A stretch of 64,000 nucleotides of DNA, taken from positions 132,178 through 196,177 of the forward strand of contig JAGPFC010000001.1 of the NCBI GenBank assembly GCA_018056685.1. The letters run 5' to 3'. This document shows, piece after piece, positions 1 to 10,275 of the stretch. A program made the position numbers and the translations under genes. Origin of the DNA: Smithella sp. Lineage in GTDB: Bacteria; Desulfobacterota; Syntrophia; Syntrophales; Smithellaceae. Under the pieces are notes generated by a model. That model ran no database searches. It saw only the letters and a list, made by a program, of their open reading frames with translations, and was not told where the DNA came from. The stretch's first letter is position 1. Each line of letters begins with the position of its first letter.

Positions 1-83
1 CGATTATCCCGTGATTTTTTTTCTGTTATTTTTCTTTTTCATTTTTGTGGCAATAAATTCACATTTCGGATAAGTTCGCCCCT

Positions 84-926
84 ATGACTACCCCATGGCT
101 TCTGGTTGATACGCAAAAAAGGTTGCAGCGTGCTGCTGATGATTTTGAGCGGGCAAAGGTTTTAAGCATTGATACGGAATATGATTCGTTTCGTTATTTC
201 CGGGAAAAACTCTGCCTCATTCAAATTTACGCCAACGATACGGTTTATATTTTTGATCCGCTGGAAAAGCTGAACCTTTCCTGTTTAGGCCGGTATTTTG
301 CTAACACGCGAATCTTGAAGATTCTACATGCTGCCGATAATGATATTCGTCTGCTGAAAAGGGATTACCGCTTTAATTTTCAGAACATTTTCGACACCCA
401 CCGGGCCGCGCTTATTCTGGGATTTCAGCAACTCTCTCTCGAAAAAATGATCAAGGAATTTGTCGGCGTGGACCTGCAAAAGAACAAAAAAATACAGCGG
501 TCGCGCTGGGATAACCGCCCCCTGACTGAAGAGCAACTGCAATATGCCGCTCAGGATGTCATCTATCTGCCTGACTTGTATGAAAAGCAATCGCGGGCAC
601 TGGCCTTTAACAATTTGCAGGATGCCGCTTCAAAAGCTTTTGTCAAAATTGCCGACACGGACTGGCAGGAAAAAACCTTCAACCGGCAGGGCTATAAAAA
701 AATCAAGGGCTTCGATGAGCTTGATCAGAACCAGAAATTGCTGCTCAAAAAACTTTACAACTGGCGTTTTTATCGGGCAAAAGACGAAAATCGCGCCATC
801 TTCATGTTTCTGCCGGACAGTCATTTATTGGGACTCGCTCAGGATACAACACATCCGGAAAAGTATTTGTCACAGAGAAAAATGAAGGCCTATGGCGCGG
901 AAATAGAACGGATCGTCAATAATTAG
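84..926 (+). CDS. rnd: RNase D-like 3'-5' exoribonuclease (DEDDy exonuclease with HRDC-like tail)
   Basis: 280-aa ORF; Exo I DTEYD, Exo II HAADNDIRLL, Exo III YAAQDVIYL motifs. Confidence 0.8.
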   Translation: MTTPWLLVDTQKRLQRAADDFERAKVLSIDTEYDSFRYFREKLCLIQIYANDTVYIFDPLEKLNLSCLGRYFANTRILKILHAADNDIRLLKRDYRFNFQNIFDTHRAALILGFQQLSLEKMIKEFVGVDLQKNKKIQRSRWDNRPLTEEQLQYAAQDVIYLPDLYEKQSRALAFNNLQDAASKAFVKIADTDWQEKTFNRQGYKKIKGFDELDQNQKLLLKKLYNWRFYRAKDENRAIFMFLPDSHLLGLAQDTTHPEKYLSQRKMKAYGAEIERIVNN

Positions 927-938
927 AAAATGATCGAC

Positions 939-954
939 TGGCTTGCACCTTGCA
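939..954 (+). promoter_or_regulatory. candidate sigma-54 (-24/-12) promoter TGGCTT-gcacc-TTGCA upstream of the PAS-GGDEF gene
   Basis: GG and GC at the canonical spacing of TGGCAC-N5-TTGCA, about 145 nt upstream of ATG 1098; by-eye match only. Confidence 0.4.
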
Positions 955-1097
955 ATCCCTCTTCAAACTTAAACGGTAATCCATTCTTCTTTCAGCATGT
1001 TATGACAAAAACGCCGGGATTCAAATTTATGTATGATAATCGTATAAAAATATGATAATGAGGTCGCTCTTAATTTTTTTTCATTCATATATAAAAT

Positions 1098-3347
1098 ATG
1101 TTTAGTATATTTCCTGACGGTGACAAACAACAGACGTTGCGGATCAAACGCTTTTTCATTGCCTTTGCTTCGTATTTTATCTTCTGCGCCCTGGTGATTT
1201 TCAGTTTCCTGATGGGTCTTACCCCGGTGCCTTTGCATGTTCTGGTTTTTTCCCAGTTAGGCATTCTGACCAGTAATGTTTTGATTTACGTGATCATCAG
1301 GACCGGATGGAATAAACGGTTCAGGGATCCAAGCCTCACCCTTCTCCAGATTGCGGTTGCCACGTTTTGGACGATGGAGGTTTTATATTACGCGGGACCA
1401 ACAAGAGGAGCTGCGCTGCTGCTCTACCTGGTCATATTTGTCTTCGGTCTTTTCAAGTTGAATGTCCGGCAATTCCTTTTTTTGTCATTATATACGATTG
1501 CCGGTTATGCGACGGTAATTTTCTTGCTGCACAAGAACCACCCTGAATCCATGAATATGAAAAATGAGATACTGGATCTTGTGGTTCTGGCAATCGTACT
1601 CCCCTGGTTTTCTGTGGTCGGCGGGTATATTTCCAGGCTCAAAGGCAGGATTTCCAATGCCTTTAACGAAATAAAGGAAAACGAATTAAAATTCAGCACC
1701 ATGTTTAATTCCTCGTCTGACGGAATTATCCTTTTGAATATCGATGAAAACAGGTTCGTGGATGCAAATCAAAAAATATGTGACCTGCTGGGATATTCCC
1801 GGGAAGAATTTATTCATTTGACCATACCTGACATTCACCCCCCGGATATCGTACCTCTGGCTTTGGATCAGTGCGAAAAGTTGATCAAAAAAGAGATTGA
1901 TCTGGCGAGGAACATACCGGTCATGAAAAAAGATAAAACCATTTTCTTCGCCGACATCAGTGCTTCCAAGATTACTCTCAGCAATAAAGATTATATCGTT
2001 GGCGCTTTCAGAGATGTAACCGAAAGAACACAGACGGAAGAAAAACTGAAGCATAGCGAAGAAAAATACCGCCTGCTGGCCGAACACATGAAAGACCCGG
2101 TGTGGATAACGGATATGAACCTGAAAGCGACCTACATCAGCCCATCAACGGAAAAGTTATTGGGATATACTGTTGATGAAATCAAAAAGCTTTCACTGGA
2201 TAAACTGCTCACGCCATCGTCCTTTAGGACCGCCATGAATTACAAAACCATCGAAATGCCCAAGGTCCGCAATGTGCCGGATTATGTTTCAAACCGTACG
2301 CTGATATTGGAATTTATATGCAAAGAAGGCCGGACGGTTTGGCTGGAATGCAAGTTCACGACAATACGGGACAAAAACGGCAGGGCAACATCGATTCTGG
2401 GAGAGAGCAGAGACATTACCGAGCGGAAACTTGTCGAAGACAAACTGCGCGTCGAGCAACAGCGGTTCCGTGCGCTGGTGGAGCATTCTTCCGACATCAT
2501 TGTTGTTGTGAATCGTGAAGGCATTATCACTTATATTAACCCGGCAGTGGAGAAAGTTCTGGGATACAAAGTCGAAGAAAGAATCGGCCATCGGGGATTG
2601 GAACTAATTCATCCGGATGACGTTCAGTTTATAGCCGAATCATTCATCACGTTACTGCAGCATAAAGACCCGCATAACATCAGGGGGGAAATGCGTCTTC
2701 GTGACAAGCAGGGCATCTTTCATTCGTTTGAGGGCATCGGAAGCAATTTAATAACCGATGTTGGTGTGGAAGGCGTCATTGTTAACTATCGCGATATCAC
2801 CGAACGGAAAAAAGCGGAGGAAATACTCAAGCAAAGTGAACAGCGATATCTGGAATTGAGCATTATCGACGATCTCACGCAACTTTACAATTCCCGGCAT
2901 TTTTACGAACAACTGAGAAAAGAAATAGAGCGGTCCAATCGCTACAAACAACCGTTAACTCTTTTGCTGTTAGACCTTGATAAATTCAAAGAATTCAATG
3001 ACACCTACGGACACGTTGAGGGCGATATTGTACTGTCACGGTTGGGTCAGGTTATCAAAGGATGTCTGCGGGAAACGGACTCTGCCTATCGTTACGGCGG
3101 TGAGGAATTCACGGTTATTCTGCCGATGACGACACGTCAGGAAGGAATCGTGACGGCGGAAAGGATTCAGGCCGAATTAAGGAAAGAGACCTTCTCCCCC
3201 GTGGTGAGTCAAAAGGTTCATATGACAGTGAGCATCGGCGTGGCCCAGCACAACCAGAAGGAAGAGATGAGGGCGTTTGTTCACCGCGTTGATCAATTCA
3301 TGTACCGGGCAAAAAACAGCGGCAGAGACCGGATTTGCTCCGAGTGA
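1098..3347 (+). CDS. membrane-anchored multi-PAS diguanylate cyclase (GGDEF domain)
   Basis: 749 aa; N-terminal hydrophobic segments, three PAS-like blocks each ending in DITERK/DVTERT linkers, I-site RETD and active-site RYGGEEF. Confidence 0.85.
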   Translation: MFSIFPDGDKQQTLRIKRFFIAFASYFIFCALVIFSFLMGLTPVPLHVLVFSQLGILTSNVLIYVIIRTGWNKRFRDPSLTLLQIAVATFWTMEVLYYAGPTRGAALLLYLVIFVFGLFKLNVRQFLFLSLYTIAGYATVIFLLHKNHPESMNMKNEILDLVVLAIVLPWFSVVGGYISRLKGRISNAFNEIKENELKFSTMFNSSSDGIILLNIDENRFVDANQKICDLLGYSREEFIHLTIPDIHPPDIVPLALDQCEKLIKKEIDLARNIPVMKKDKTIFFADISASKITLSNKDYIVGAFRDVTERTQTEEKLKHSEEKYRLLAEHMKDPVWITDMNLKATYISPSTEKLLGYTVDEIKKLSLDKLLTPSSFRTAMNYKTIEMPKVRNVPDYVSNRTLILEFICKEGRTVWLECKFTTIRDKNGRATSILGESRDITERKLVEDKLRVEQQRFRALVEHSSDIIVVVNREGIITYINPAVEKVLGYKVEERIGHRGLELIHPDDVQFIAESFITLLQHKDPHNIRGEMRLRDKQGIFHSFEGIGSNLITDVGVEGVIVNYRDITERKKAEEILKQSEQRYLELSIIDDLTQLYNSRHFYEQLRKEIERSNRYKQPLTLLLLDLDKFKEFNDTYGHVEGDIVLSRLGQVIKGCLRETDSAYRYGGEEFTVILPMTTRQEGIVTAERIQAELRKETFSPVVSQKVHMTVSIGVAQHNQKEEMRAFVHRVDQFMYRAKNSGRDRICSE

Positions 3348-3350
3348 TTC

Positions 3351-5204
3351 TTATTTGTTTTCAATCGTAATAATCAAATTTTCAGCCACCTTTGCCAGTT
3401 CAACGGCTTTTTCTTTACTTAAAGATGACGGCGTGAAACGCAGCATGTCGCACTCATATATAAAATTATCCAGTTTCTTTTGAGCATCAGGCGACAGGCC
3501 TTTGTTAACAAGAATTTCCCTCAAACCGTCCGTGGTAATTCCATTGGCGGAGAAGCCGTATTTGTCGCCGAGATATTTCGCCACAGAATTGAATATTTCC
3601 CCGAGAAATTCCTTCAGTTCGTTTTTCTTTAACAGGTAAGACGCTTTTTTCAGTCTTTTTCTCGATACTTTGAGCGCCTGCTTCTGACGGAATTTTGCCG
3701 GATCGGCTATCAGTCTTTCCTGATATTTCCGATATAAAATAAAAATTGCCATAAAAGTAATAAGAACCGACAACGGCAGCCAGAAGTATACAGAGGTCAC
3801 TACCGCAAGAATAGCGGCCAAAATTTTCTGCCAGTCAACGGTGATCGTCGTCATCTGTTTTTTAGCCTGATCCTCGGCCAGACTTTTTTCGTATTCCTGC
3901 GGCAGCGGAATTTCGGACGGTAGAACAGTCAAGCTCAGTTCACGGCTTTTCAGCGTTCGATATTCTTTTTTATCCGGATCAAAATAGGAAAACTCAAAAG
4001 ACGGCAGAGTAAATTTACCTTCTTTCAAAGGAATGAGAACGATCTCAAAACTCTTGTAACCGGACACACCGTTTTTCTCCTTCACCATATCTTCCTTTCC
4101 GGTTGATGAAAGTTTTTTGAAATCTGCAGAAAAGGCACTGACCGGTTCGGAAATCGTTTGAATATTGCCGCTGCCCCAGACTTTGGCCGTTATCTGAACG
4201 GGTTGACCTCTTTCAATCTCGGGCTGTTTGAGCGTTACATCCATCTGATAGCTGCCCACTGCCCCCGAGAAGTTATCGGGTTTCCCTTTTTCCGGCAATG
4301 GCAGAACCTTGACCTTCAAGGGCGCGGTTTTTATCGTTTGCGCAGCTCTGAAAGGATCGGTCTGCACTAATAGCGTTGCCGGCCCAATCGTAAAGTCTCC
4401 GGCTGTCGTCGGGAAAAGCGCTGTCTTGAAATCCTGAGCCATATACTTTATCCCGTTGAGCGTGACTTCGCGCATATCCTTATCCGAGGGCAGATTAACC
4501 GCCCAGAATCCGGTGGTGTCCGGCGGTGAATAGGAAGGACTTTGAAAAAGATTGACCCTTCTGTAAAAAGTAAAGGTCAAAATAATCTGCTGATTAACAT
4601 AGACTGTGTTTTGTGAAGCTTTCAGCTCGACTTTAACCGGGTCTTGGACGACTTCAGGCCGCGGAAAGCGCGGTGAATGTGATTTAAAAAACTCATCAAA
4701 ATCATCCCACATGCCGGGGAATCTTGATCGTACTCCTGCCGGAGGACCAGCCTGCGGTTTCCTCCCTTCAGCTTTGGTCACCTTGATATCAATCGGTTCA
4801 GTTGTATAGGTTTGTCCGCCGAGGTTGATGCTGGCCTGGCCGATATGCGCCGGCCCGACCTTCTCCGGTTGCAGGGTGTAAACAAAGGATTTGGAAACAC
4901 TGGTCTTGCCATTAATGAAGGAAATGTTGGAAGACTGATAGGTGCCCACCACGTTTAAATTTGTAAACTTAGGAAGGGTTGGACTGGGTGCGCTTCCTAC
5001 GGAATTTCCGGAAACAGCCAGCGTATACTGAATGGTGTCATCCAGCGCCACGCTTTTTTTATCCACACTGGCATTAAAGGTAACATCGGCCGCCAGAGCA
5101 AAACCAGAAATGCAAAATATTAAAATAACCGCGGATATAAACCACAAACCAAGCTTGGCGGTTTTATCCTTTCCGCTCAGTGAGATTTTACCAGTCTCTG
5201 ACAT
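3351..5204 (-). CDS. batD: BatD-like oxygen-tolerance protein (last gene of the Bat operon)
   Basis: 617 aa; signal/TM at N-terminus, long beta-rich exported region, one C-proximal TM then a cytoplasmic tail; follows the batA-batB-batC order. Confidence 0.7.
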   Translation of the reverse strand: MSETGKISLSGKDKTAKLGLWFISAVILIFCISGFALAADVTFNASVDKKSVALDDTIQYTLAVSGNSVGSAPSPTLPKFTNLNVVGTYQSSNISFINGKTSVSKSFVYTLQPEKVGPAHIGQASINLGGQTYTTEPIDIKVTKAEGRKPQAGPPAGVRSRFPGMWDDFDEFFKSHSPRFPRPEVVQDPVKVELKASQNTVYVNQQIILTFTFYRRVNLFQSPSYSPPDTTGFWAVNLPSDKDMREVTLNGIKYMAQDFKTALFPTTAGDFTIGPATLLVQTDPFRAAQTIKTAPLKVKVLPLPEKGKPDNFSGAVGSYQMDVTLKQPEIERGQPVQITAKVWGSGNIQTISEPVSAFSADFKKLSSTGKEDMVKEKNGVSGYKSFEIVLIPLKEGKFTLPSFEFSYFDPDKKEYRTLKSRELSLTVLPSEIPLPQEYEKSLAEDQAKKQMTTITVDWQKILAAILAVVTSVYFWLPLSVLITFMAIFILYRKYQERLIADPAKFRQKQALKVSRKRLKKASYLLKKNELKEFLGEIFNSVAKYLGDKYGFSANGITTDGLREILVNKGLSPDAQKKLDNFIYECDMLRFTPSSLSKEKAVELAKVAENLIITIENK

Positions 5205-5913
5205 TACCTTTACCTCTTCCAGCTTTCATTCTTTGAGTTTTATGTTTTTCCTGATCATCGAGAGCATTTAAAATGCGCAGAGCGTCTTCCTTACTCATCT
5301 GTCCCGGTTTTGTTGGCGCCTGCTCATTTTGATCATTCCGTTTATCCTTATTTTTGTCTTCGGATTTATCGCCTGACTTATTTTTTTCGTCTTCCTTTTT
5401 CTGCTGTTTGTCTTTCTCTTTATCTTTTTGCTGATCCTGCTTGTTGTGTTTGGGCATGGTCAGCATTTTTTTTGCCAGTTCCAGATTAAACTGAGCATCC
5501 TTATCCTTCGGATCAATTTTCAGCGCTTCTTCATAGGCACCGATCGCGCCTTTATAATCCTCCTGCTTAAAGAAGGAGTTCCCCAGATTATAATAGGCCG
5601 ACTCCCGCAAACCCTTGGGAACGGATGGCGCGGTCAGGCTTTCAAAAACCTTTTGGCTTTCCTGATATCGCCCTTCTTTATACAGGGAATCTCCCAAATT
5701 AAATCTTGCTTTCAGATCACCGGCTTTCTTTTGAAGAATCTTATTGTAAACCTGTCCGGCCTCTGCATATTTTCCTTTTTTATAAAGATCGTTACCGCGG
5801 TTCAAGTCCGAACGAAACGGAAGCGCAAAAGCACTTTGCGCCATCATCAGCAAACAAAGGGCAAAACACAAGACAATGATATATTTGTTAATCCTGAAAA
5901 TTATACGTTTCAT
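5188..5913 (-). CDS. batC: BatC-like TPR protein with Lys/Asp/Glu-rich tail
   Basis: Signal peptide MKRIIFRINKYIIVLCFALCLL, TPR repeats (YNLGNSFFKQEDYKGAIGAYEEALKIDP), low-complexity KDKEKDK tail. Start moved to Met14 of the tracked ORF, which abuts the batB stop; the alternative start is 5952. Confidence 0.7.
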   Translation of the reverse strand: MKRIIFRINKYIIVLCFALCLLMMAQSAFALPFRSDLNRGNDLYKKGKYAEAGQVYNKILQKKAGDLKARFNLGDSLYKEGRYQESQKVFESLTAPSVPKGLRESAYYNLGNSFFKQEDYKGAIGAYEEALKIDPKDKDAQFNLELAKKMLTMPKHNKQDQQKDKEKDKQQKKEDEKNKSGDKSEDKNKDKRNDQNEQAPTKPGQMSKEDALRILNALDDQEKHKTQRMKAGRGKGNVRDW

Positions 5914-6869
5914 GATTTTCTCTCCGGAATCAGCATTTCCGCCACCAGACAAAGCAGGCTTAAGAAAAGAAATATCTGAAAGCGGTCCTGATACTGATAG
6001 ACCATGTTTCCCTTAAGCCTTTGCTTGGGCAGCAGGGCAATGGCAGCAAACAATTTTTGAAACCCGGTGCGGTCCTGACTGATCAGAAATGCCCTGCCTT
6101 CTGTTTTTTCCGCAAGAATGTTCAAAAGGTCCCGATTGACCCGGCTCATGATGATATTTCCCTCTTCATCTTTTTTAAAGCCGCCCTCGGCCGGGATTGG
6201 TGCACCTTCCGGCGAACCTATTCCAACAGCAAATATCCGGATGCCTTCTTTGTAAGCCAGCTCGGCCGCCGACACAGCAGAACCGGAAAGCTCTTCCCCG
6301 TCCGTTAGAAGAATAATCACCTTGCTGTTGGTGGATTTGCCGAAAGCCCTGATACATTCCTGTACGGCATTTTCTATATCCGTTCCCGGATCGGGAATCA
6401 GTTCCGTATCGATGGATTTCAGAAATATTTTTACCGCGCCGACATCCGTGGTCAATGGACAATTAATGAAACCCGCTCCGGCAAAAGCGACCAGGCCAAT
6501 CCGGTTACCGGCCAGTTCATCGATGATCAGATTCAGGGAATTCTTGGCATTTTCCAGCCGGTTGGGCGCAAGATCCTGTGCCAGCATGCTTTTGGAAACA
6601 TCGATGGCAATCATGACATCGATACCCATCTGACCGGTGACTTCCGTTTTTTGCCCCCATTGCGGCCTGGCCAGCGCCACAATCAAAAATAAAATCGCCA
6701 ATACAAACAGAACCTGCCTGATGAAATGGTTTTTTTTATCCCAGTTTCTCAACATCAAATCGGTCAGTTCTCCGGGAAACAATCCGGCAATCAGCTTTTT
6801 CTTTTTGTTCCAGAGGATAATTTCCAGAACAATCAGCCCGATGACCATCAAAAGAAGCCAGAGTTTCAT
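5910..6869 (-). CDS. batB: BatB-like von Willebrand factor A protein
   Basis: N-terminal TMs, MIDAS DVSKSM, LLTDGE motif. Start moved to MKLWLLL (tracked ORF start 6923). Confidence 0.75.
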   Translation of the reverse strand: MKLWLLLMVIGLIVLEIILWNKKKKLIAGLFPGELTDLMLRNWDKKNHFIRQVLFVLAILFLIVALARPQWGQKTEVTGQMGIDVMIAIDVSKSMLAQDLAPNRLENAKNSLNLIIDELAGNRIGLVAFAGAGFINCPLTTDVGAVKIFLKSIDTELIPDPGTDIENAVQECIRAFGKSTNSKVIILLTDGEELSGSAVSAAELAYKEGIRIFAVGIGSPEGAPIPAEGGFKKDEEGNIIMSRVNRDLLNILAEKTEGRAFLISQDRTGFQKLFAAIALLPKQRLKGNMVYQYQDRFQIFLFLSLLCLVAEMLIPERKS

Positions 6870-6883
6870 GGTCTCACCAAAAA

Positions 6884-7879
6884 TCACGGCAACCTCCTCA
6901 AATAAAAACGGCGATACGACCATTCCATCAGCAATAAAAGCAACGCCGGCCAGGCAAACCAGGCAAAATATTCATTGTAAATGAAAATATCTTTGACTTT
7001 GAATTTTGTCTTTTCCCTTTTGTCTATTTCGGAAAATATTTCCTTGAGCTTATTTTCATCACCGGCCATGAAATAGCCACCTTCACTGAGCGAACTGATT
7101 TCGCGCAACCCGGATTCATTCATTTTCGTCAACAGCAGAGAACCGTCAGGGGTGCGGGCATAGACCCATCGGCCCCAGCGATCTCTAACCTTGACCGGTG
7201 CGCCGTTGGGATCGCCGATCCCGACCGCATAGATCTTGATACCTAGAGCCTGCGCCATCCTGGCGGCGGTCGGCGGATCAATTTCACCGGCGTTGTTTTC
7301 ACCATCCGTTAAAAGAAGAATGATTTTGGTTTTTGCCTCGGAATCCTTCAACCGATTGACTGAGGTGGCCAGCGCCATGCCGATGGCGGTGCCGTCTTCA
7401 ATCATGCCGGTGTGAATCTGATCCAGATAATTTAATACGGTGTTGTGATCTGTTGTTAGCGGAGTTTGCAGATAACTCTTTCCCGAAAAGATCACCAGAC
7501 CGATGCGGTCCTGTGGACGGCCGTTGATGAAATTAGTCAGAACATCTTTGGCCACACTGATCCTGTCCGGCTTAAAGTCTTCCGCATTCATGCTGGTGCT
7601 TACATCGAGTGCCACCATGATATCCACACCGTTGCGGTTGCTCGCGTCGGCAACATAGCCATACTGAAGACGCATCAAGGCCAGAATCAGGAAAACCATT
7701 GCCGTCAGCCTCAAGTATAGCGGCAGCCTGACTTTAATGGTTTTGTCATGCAATCTGTCTTTAAGCTTGCTCAGCAAATCAGGGTGCGGCAGGCTTGCCG
7801 GCTTTTTCCTGACAACAAACCGGTACAAAAAAGGCAAAGCCAACAATAAAATAATGAACCAGAAACTTTGGAAACGCAT
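6884..7879 (-). CDS. batA: BatA-like von Willebrand factor A protein
   Basis: 331 aa; two N-terminal TMs, MIDAS DVSTSM, LLTDGENN, C-terminal TM. Confidence 0.8.
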   Translation of the reverse strand: MRFQSFWFIILLLALPFLYRFVVRKKPASLPHPDLLSKLKDRLHDKTIKVRLPLYLRLTAMVFLILALMRLQYGYVADASNRNGVDIMVALDVSTSMNAEDFKPDRISVAKDVLTNFINGRPQDRIGLVIFSGKSYLQTPLTTDHNTVLNYLDQIHTGMIEDGTAIGMALATSVNRLKDSEAKTKIILLLTDGENNAGEIDPPTAARMAQALGIKIYAVGIGDPNGAPVKVRDRWGRWVYARTPDGSLLLTKMNESGLREISSLSEGGYFMAGDENKLKEIFSEIDKREKTKFKVKDIFIYNEYFAWFAWPALLLLLMEWSYRRFYLRRLP

Positions 7880-8401
7880 CTACGACACCTTCTTCCAACA
7901 TTCCCTGATAATATTTTCCGATTCTGTCTTCTTGTGTTTCATTTCAGCCAATCCCGGTCGCAGCCTGGCGAATTTTACCAGATCGCAATCGCTGAAATAG
8001 CGATCCAGATTTCTAACCTTGTTATAATCACGTTCCACCCGCTCCAGTTCCTCAATAATTTCCCGTGACGTTTTATCGAGCGTATCGAGATGGTAGTTGG
8101 CACCCAGAAACTGGCGCACGATATCGGTGATCTCAAAATAAAATTCCTTAATTTTCTTTTTTTCAAAGTATTCAACCGGATCAATTTTCATCAAGGCCTC
8201 CAGGGCAACTTCATTGCAGGGGCTTTCCGGAAAACTTACTTCTTTCTTTTCTTTCTGCTTGCGCTCACGCCATTTCCGGAACAGCTTCAAAAGAAAATAT
8301 CCGGCACTGACGAGAATCAGCGTAATCAGCAGAAAAAACAAAAAAGTCCACCAGTCGAAAATATAAAGGACGTCTTTGATATCTTTTAATTCTTCCGGCA
8401 T
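7880..8401 (-). CDS. small single-TM protein typical of MoxR/Bat operons (DUF4381-like)
   Basis: 173 aa; one TM (WWTFLFFLLITLILVSAGYFLL); position between the DUF58 and batA genes, start/stop abutting both neighbours. Confidence 0.5.
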   Translation of the reverse strand: MPEELKDIKDVLYIFDWWTFLFFLLITLILVSAGYFLLKLFRKWRERKQKEKKEVSFPESPCNEVALEALMKIDPVEYFEKKKIKEFYFEITDIVRQFLGANYHLDTLDKTSREIIEELERVERDYNKVRNLDRYFSDCDLVKFARLRPGLAEMKHKKTESENIIRECWKKVS

Positions 8402-9282
8402 CAGTGAGCTATCCTTCTTTCCCGCGCTTTAAAGAAACGATTGAGCGCGGCTACATACTCGCCATCGGCGCCCAACTCCAGATGATCGAGTTTCAGGGTT
8501 CTGAAAAATTTTCGTAAATCATTTAACGCGTTGGTTGAGATTGCCTGATAAGCTTCTCGCAGCTTTTCATCCCGCAAATCAACTTCCATCAATTCACCCG
8601 ACTCCGGATCTTCAAAAGAAACCACCGGAAGCTGAGGCAGTTGTTTTTCCATTTTGTCCTTGATGATGATGGGAATGAGATCATGTTTTTTAGAAAGGAT
8701 ACGAATCGGTTGCTCGTATCCTTGAGCCAGAAAATCCGAGATGACAAACAGTACGGAGCTTTTTTTATTGACACGGCTCAGATAGCGTAGCGCCTGCGCC
8801 ATATCCGTTCTCTTTCCCTGACGTTTGAACGAAAGTATTTCCCGAATGACCAGCAACACATGGCGCCGTCCTCGTTTGGGAGGAATGTATTTTTCAATCC
8901 GGTCGGAAAACATGAGCAGTCCCACAAGATCGTTGTTCTTAATCGCCGAAAAAGCAAGCACCGCCGCAATCTCGGCAGCGGCTTCATTTTTGTTTAATTT
9001 CTGGGAACCGAAATCCTGAGAAGCACTGACATCGACGCACAGAATGATGCTCTGCTGACGCTCTTCAATGAATTTTTTGACATACGGGGCACCCAGGCGG
9101 GCACTGACATTCCAGTCGATCAACCGGATGTCGTCTCCCGGAACATATTCGCGGACTTCGTAAAATTCCAGACCCTGCCCCTTGAAGACACTACGGTATT
9201 CACCGGCGAAAAGCTGATTGACGGCCTTGTGCGAACGGATTTCAATCTGTCTGATTTTTTTATAAATCGACCGGTCAAGCAT
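8401..9282 (-). CDS. DUF58 family protein (VWA-like MoxR partner)
   Basis: 293 aa; GEYRSVFKGQGLEF and DDIRLIDWNVSARL signature blocks. Confidence 0.8.
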   Translation of the reverse strand: MLDRSIYKKIRQIEIRSHKAVNQLFAGEYRSVFKGQGLEFYEVREYVPGDDIRLIDWNVSARLGAPYVKKFIEERQQSIILCVDVSASQDFGSQKLNKNEAAAEIAAVLAFSAIKNNDLVGLLMFSDRIEKYIPPKRGRRHVLLVIREILSFKRQGKRTDMAQALRYLSRVNKKSSVLFVISDFLAQGYEQPIRILSKKHDLIPIIIKDKMEKQLPQLPVVSFEDPESGELMEVDLRDEKLREAYQAISTNALNDLRKFFRTLKLDHLELGADGEYVAALNRFFKARERRIAH

Positions 9283-9285
9283 CGT

Positions 9286-10275
9286 TTATGGGACCTCAAT
9301 AGCATCGAATACCTTCTGGACGATTGTTTCCACACTTTGTTCCTCGGCTTCAGCTTCATAGGTCAGGATAATCCGGTGTCGCAAAACATCCATGCCGATG
9401 GTTTTGATGTCATCGGGCGTGACGTAGCCGCGGCGGCGGATAAACGCGTGACCTTTGGCGGCCTGCGCCAGATAAATGGACGCGCGCGGCGAAGCGCCAT
9501 ACTGGATTAGTCCTTTGATTTCATTGAGACCGAATTCCTCCGGTCGACGTGTGGCATTGGCCAAAGACACGATATAGTGTTTCAATTTTTCATCAATGTA
9601 GATTTGATTAATCAGGCTGCGGGTGTCCATGATGTCCTGAGGCGTGATCACCTTATCCACTTTCGGTTCCTCACCGATCAGGGCCGAATCTATAATCTGA
9701 ACTTCTTCATCCTTGGTGGGATACGTAATTCTGACCTTGAGCATAAAACGGTCAATGGCCGCTTCCGGCAGGGGATAGGTTCCTTCCTGTTCAATCGGGT
9801 TTTGCGTGGCCATGACCATAAAAGGCTCCGGCAGGCGATGTGTTTCCTTGGAGATGGTCACGTGATGCTCCTGCATGGCTTCCAGCAAAGCACTCTGCAC
9901 CTTGGAAGGCGAGCGGTTGATTTCATCAGCCAAAATGATGTTGGCAAAGATCGGACCCTGGCGTGGAGTAAATTCTCCTGTTTTGGGATTGAGAACCATC
10001 GTGCCGATCAAATCGGAAGGAAGGAGATCGGGCGTAAACTGAATGCGTGAAAACCGGGCGTCGATGGCCGCAGCCAGTGTTTTGACAATCAGGGTTTTGG
10101 CGAGTCCCGGAACGCCTTCCACCAGAACATGACCGTTACAGAGCATCGCGATCAAGAGGCGGTCGATGATATTTTTCTGGCCGATAATCGTGCCGGCCAT
10201 GGCTTTATTGATTCTCTCTATGAATTCACTTTTGGCTTTGACCTTCTCATCAATGAGTTTTATTTCCTGATCCAT
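9286..10275 (-). CDS. moxR: MoxR-type AAA+ ATPase
   Basis: Walker A GVPGLAKT, Walker B ILADEINR, MATQNPIEQEGTYPLPEA block. Start set at MDQEIKL (SD gagaggga); the tracked ORF extends to 10353. Confidence 0.85.
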   Translation of the reverse strand: MDQEIKLIDEKVKAKSEFIERINKAMAGTIIGQKNIIDRLLIAMLCNGHVLVEGVPGLAKTLIVKTLAAAIDARFSRIQFTPDLLPSDLIGTMVLNPKTGEFTPRQGPIFANIILADEINRSPSKVQSALLEAMQEHHVTISKETHRLPEPFMVMATQNPIEQEGTYPLPEAAIDRFMLKVRITYPTKDEEVQIIDSALIGEEPKVDKVITPQDIMDTRSLINQIYIDEKLKHYIVSLANATRRPEEFGLNEIKGLIQYGASPRASIYLAQAAKGHAFIRRRGYVTPDDIKTIGMDVLRHRIILTYEAEAEEQSVETIVQKVFDAIEVP

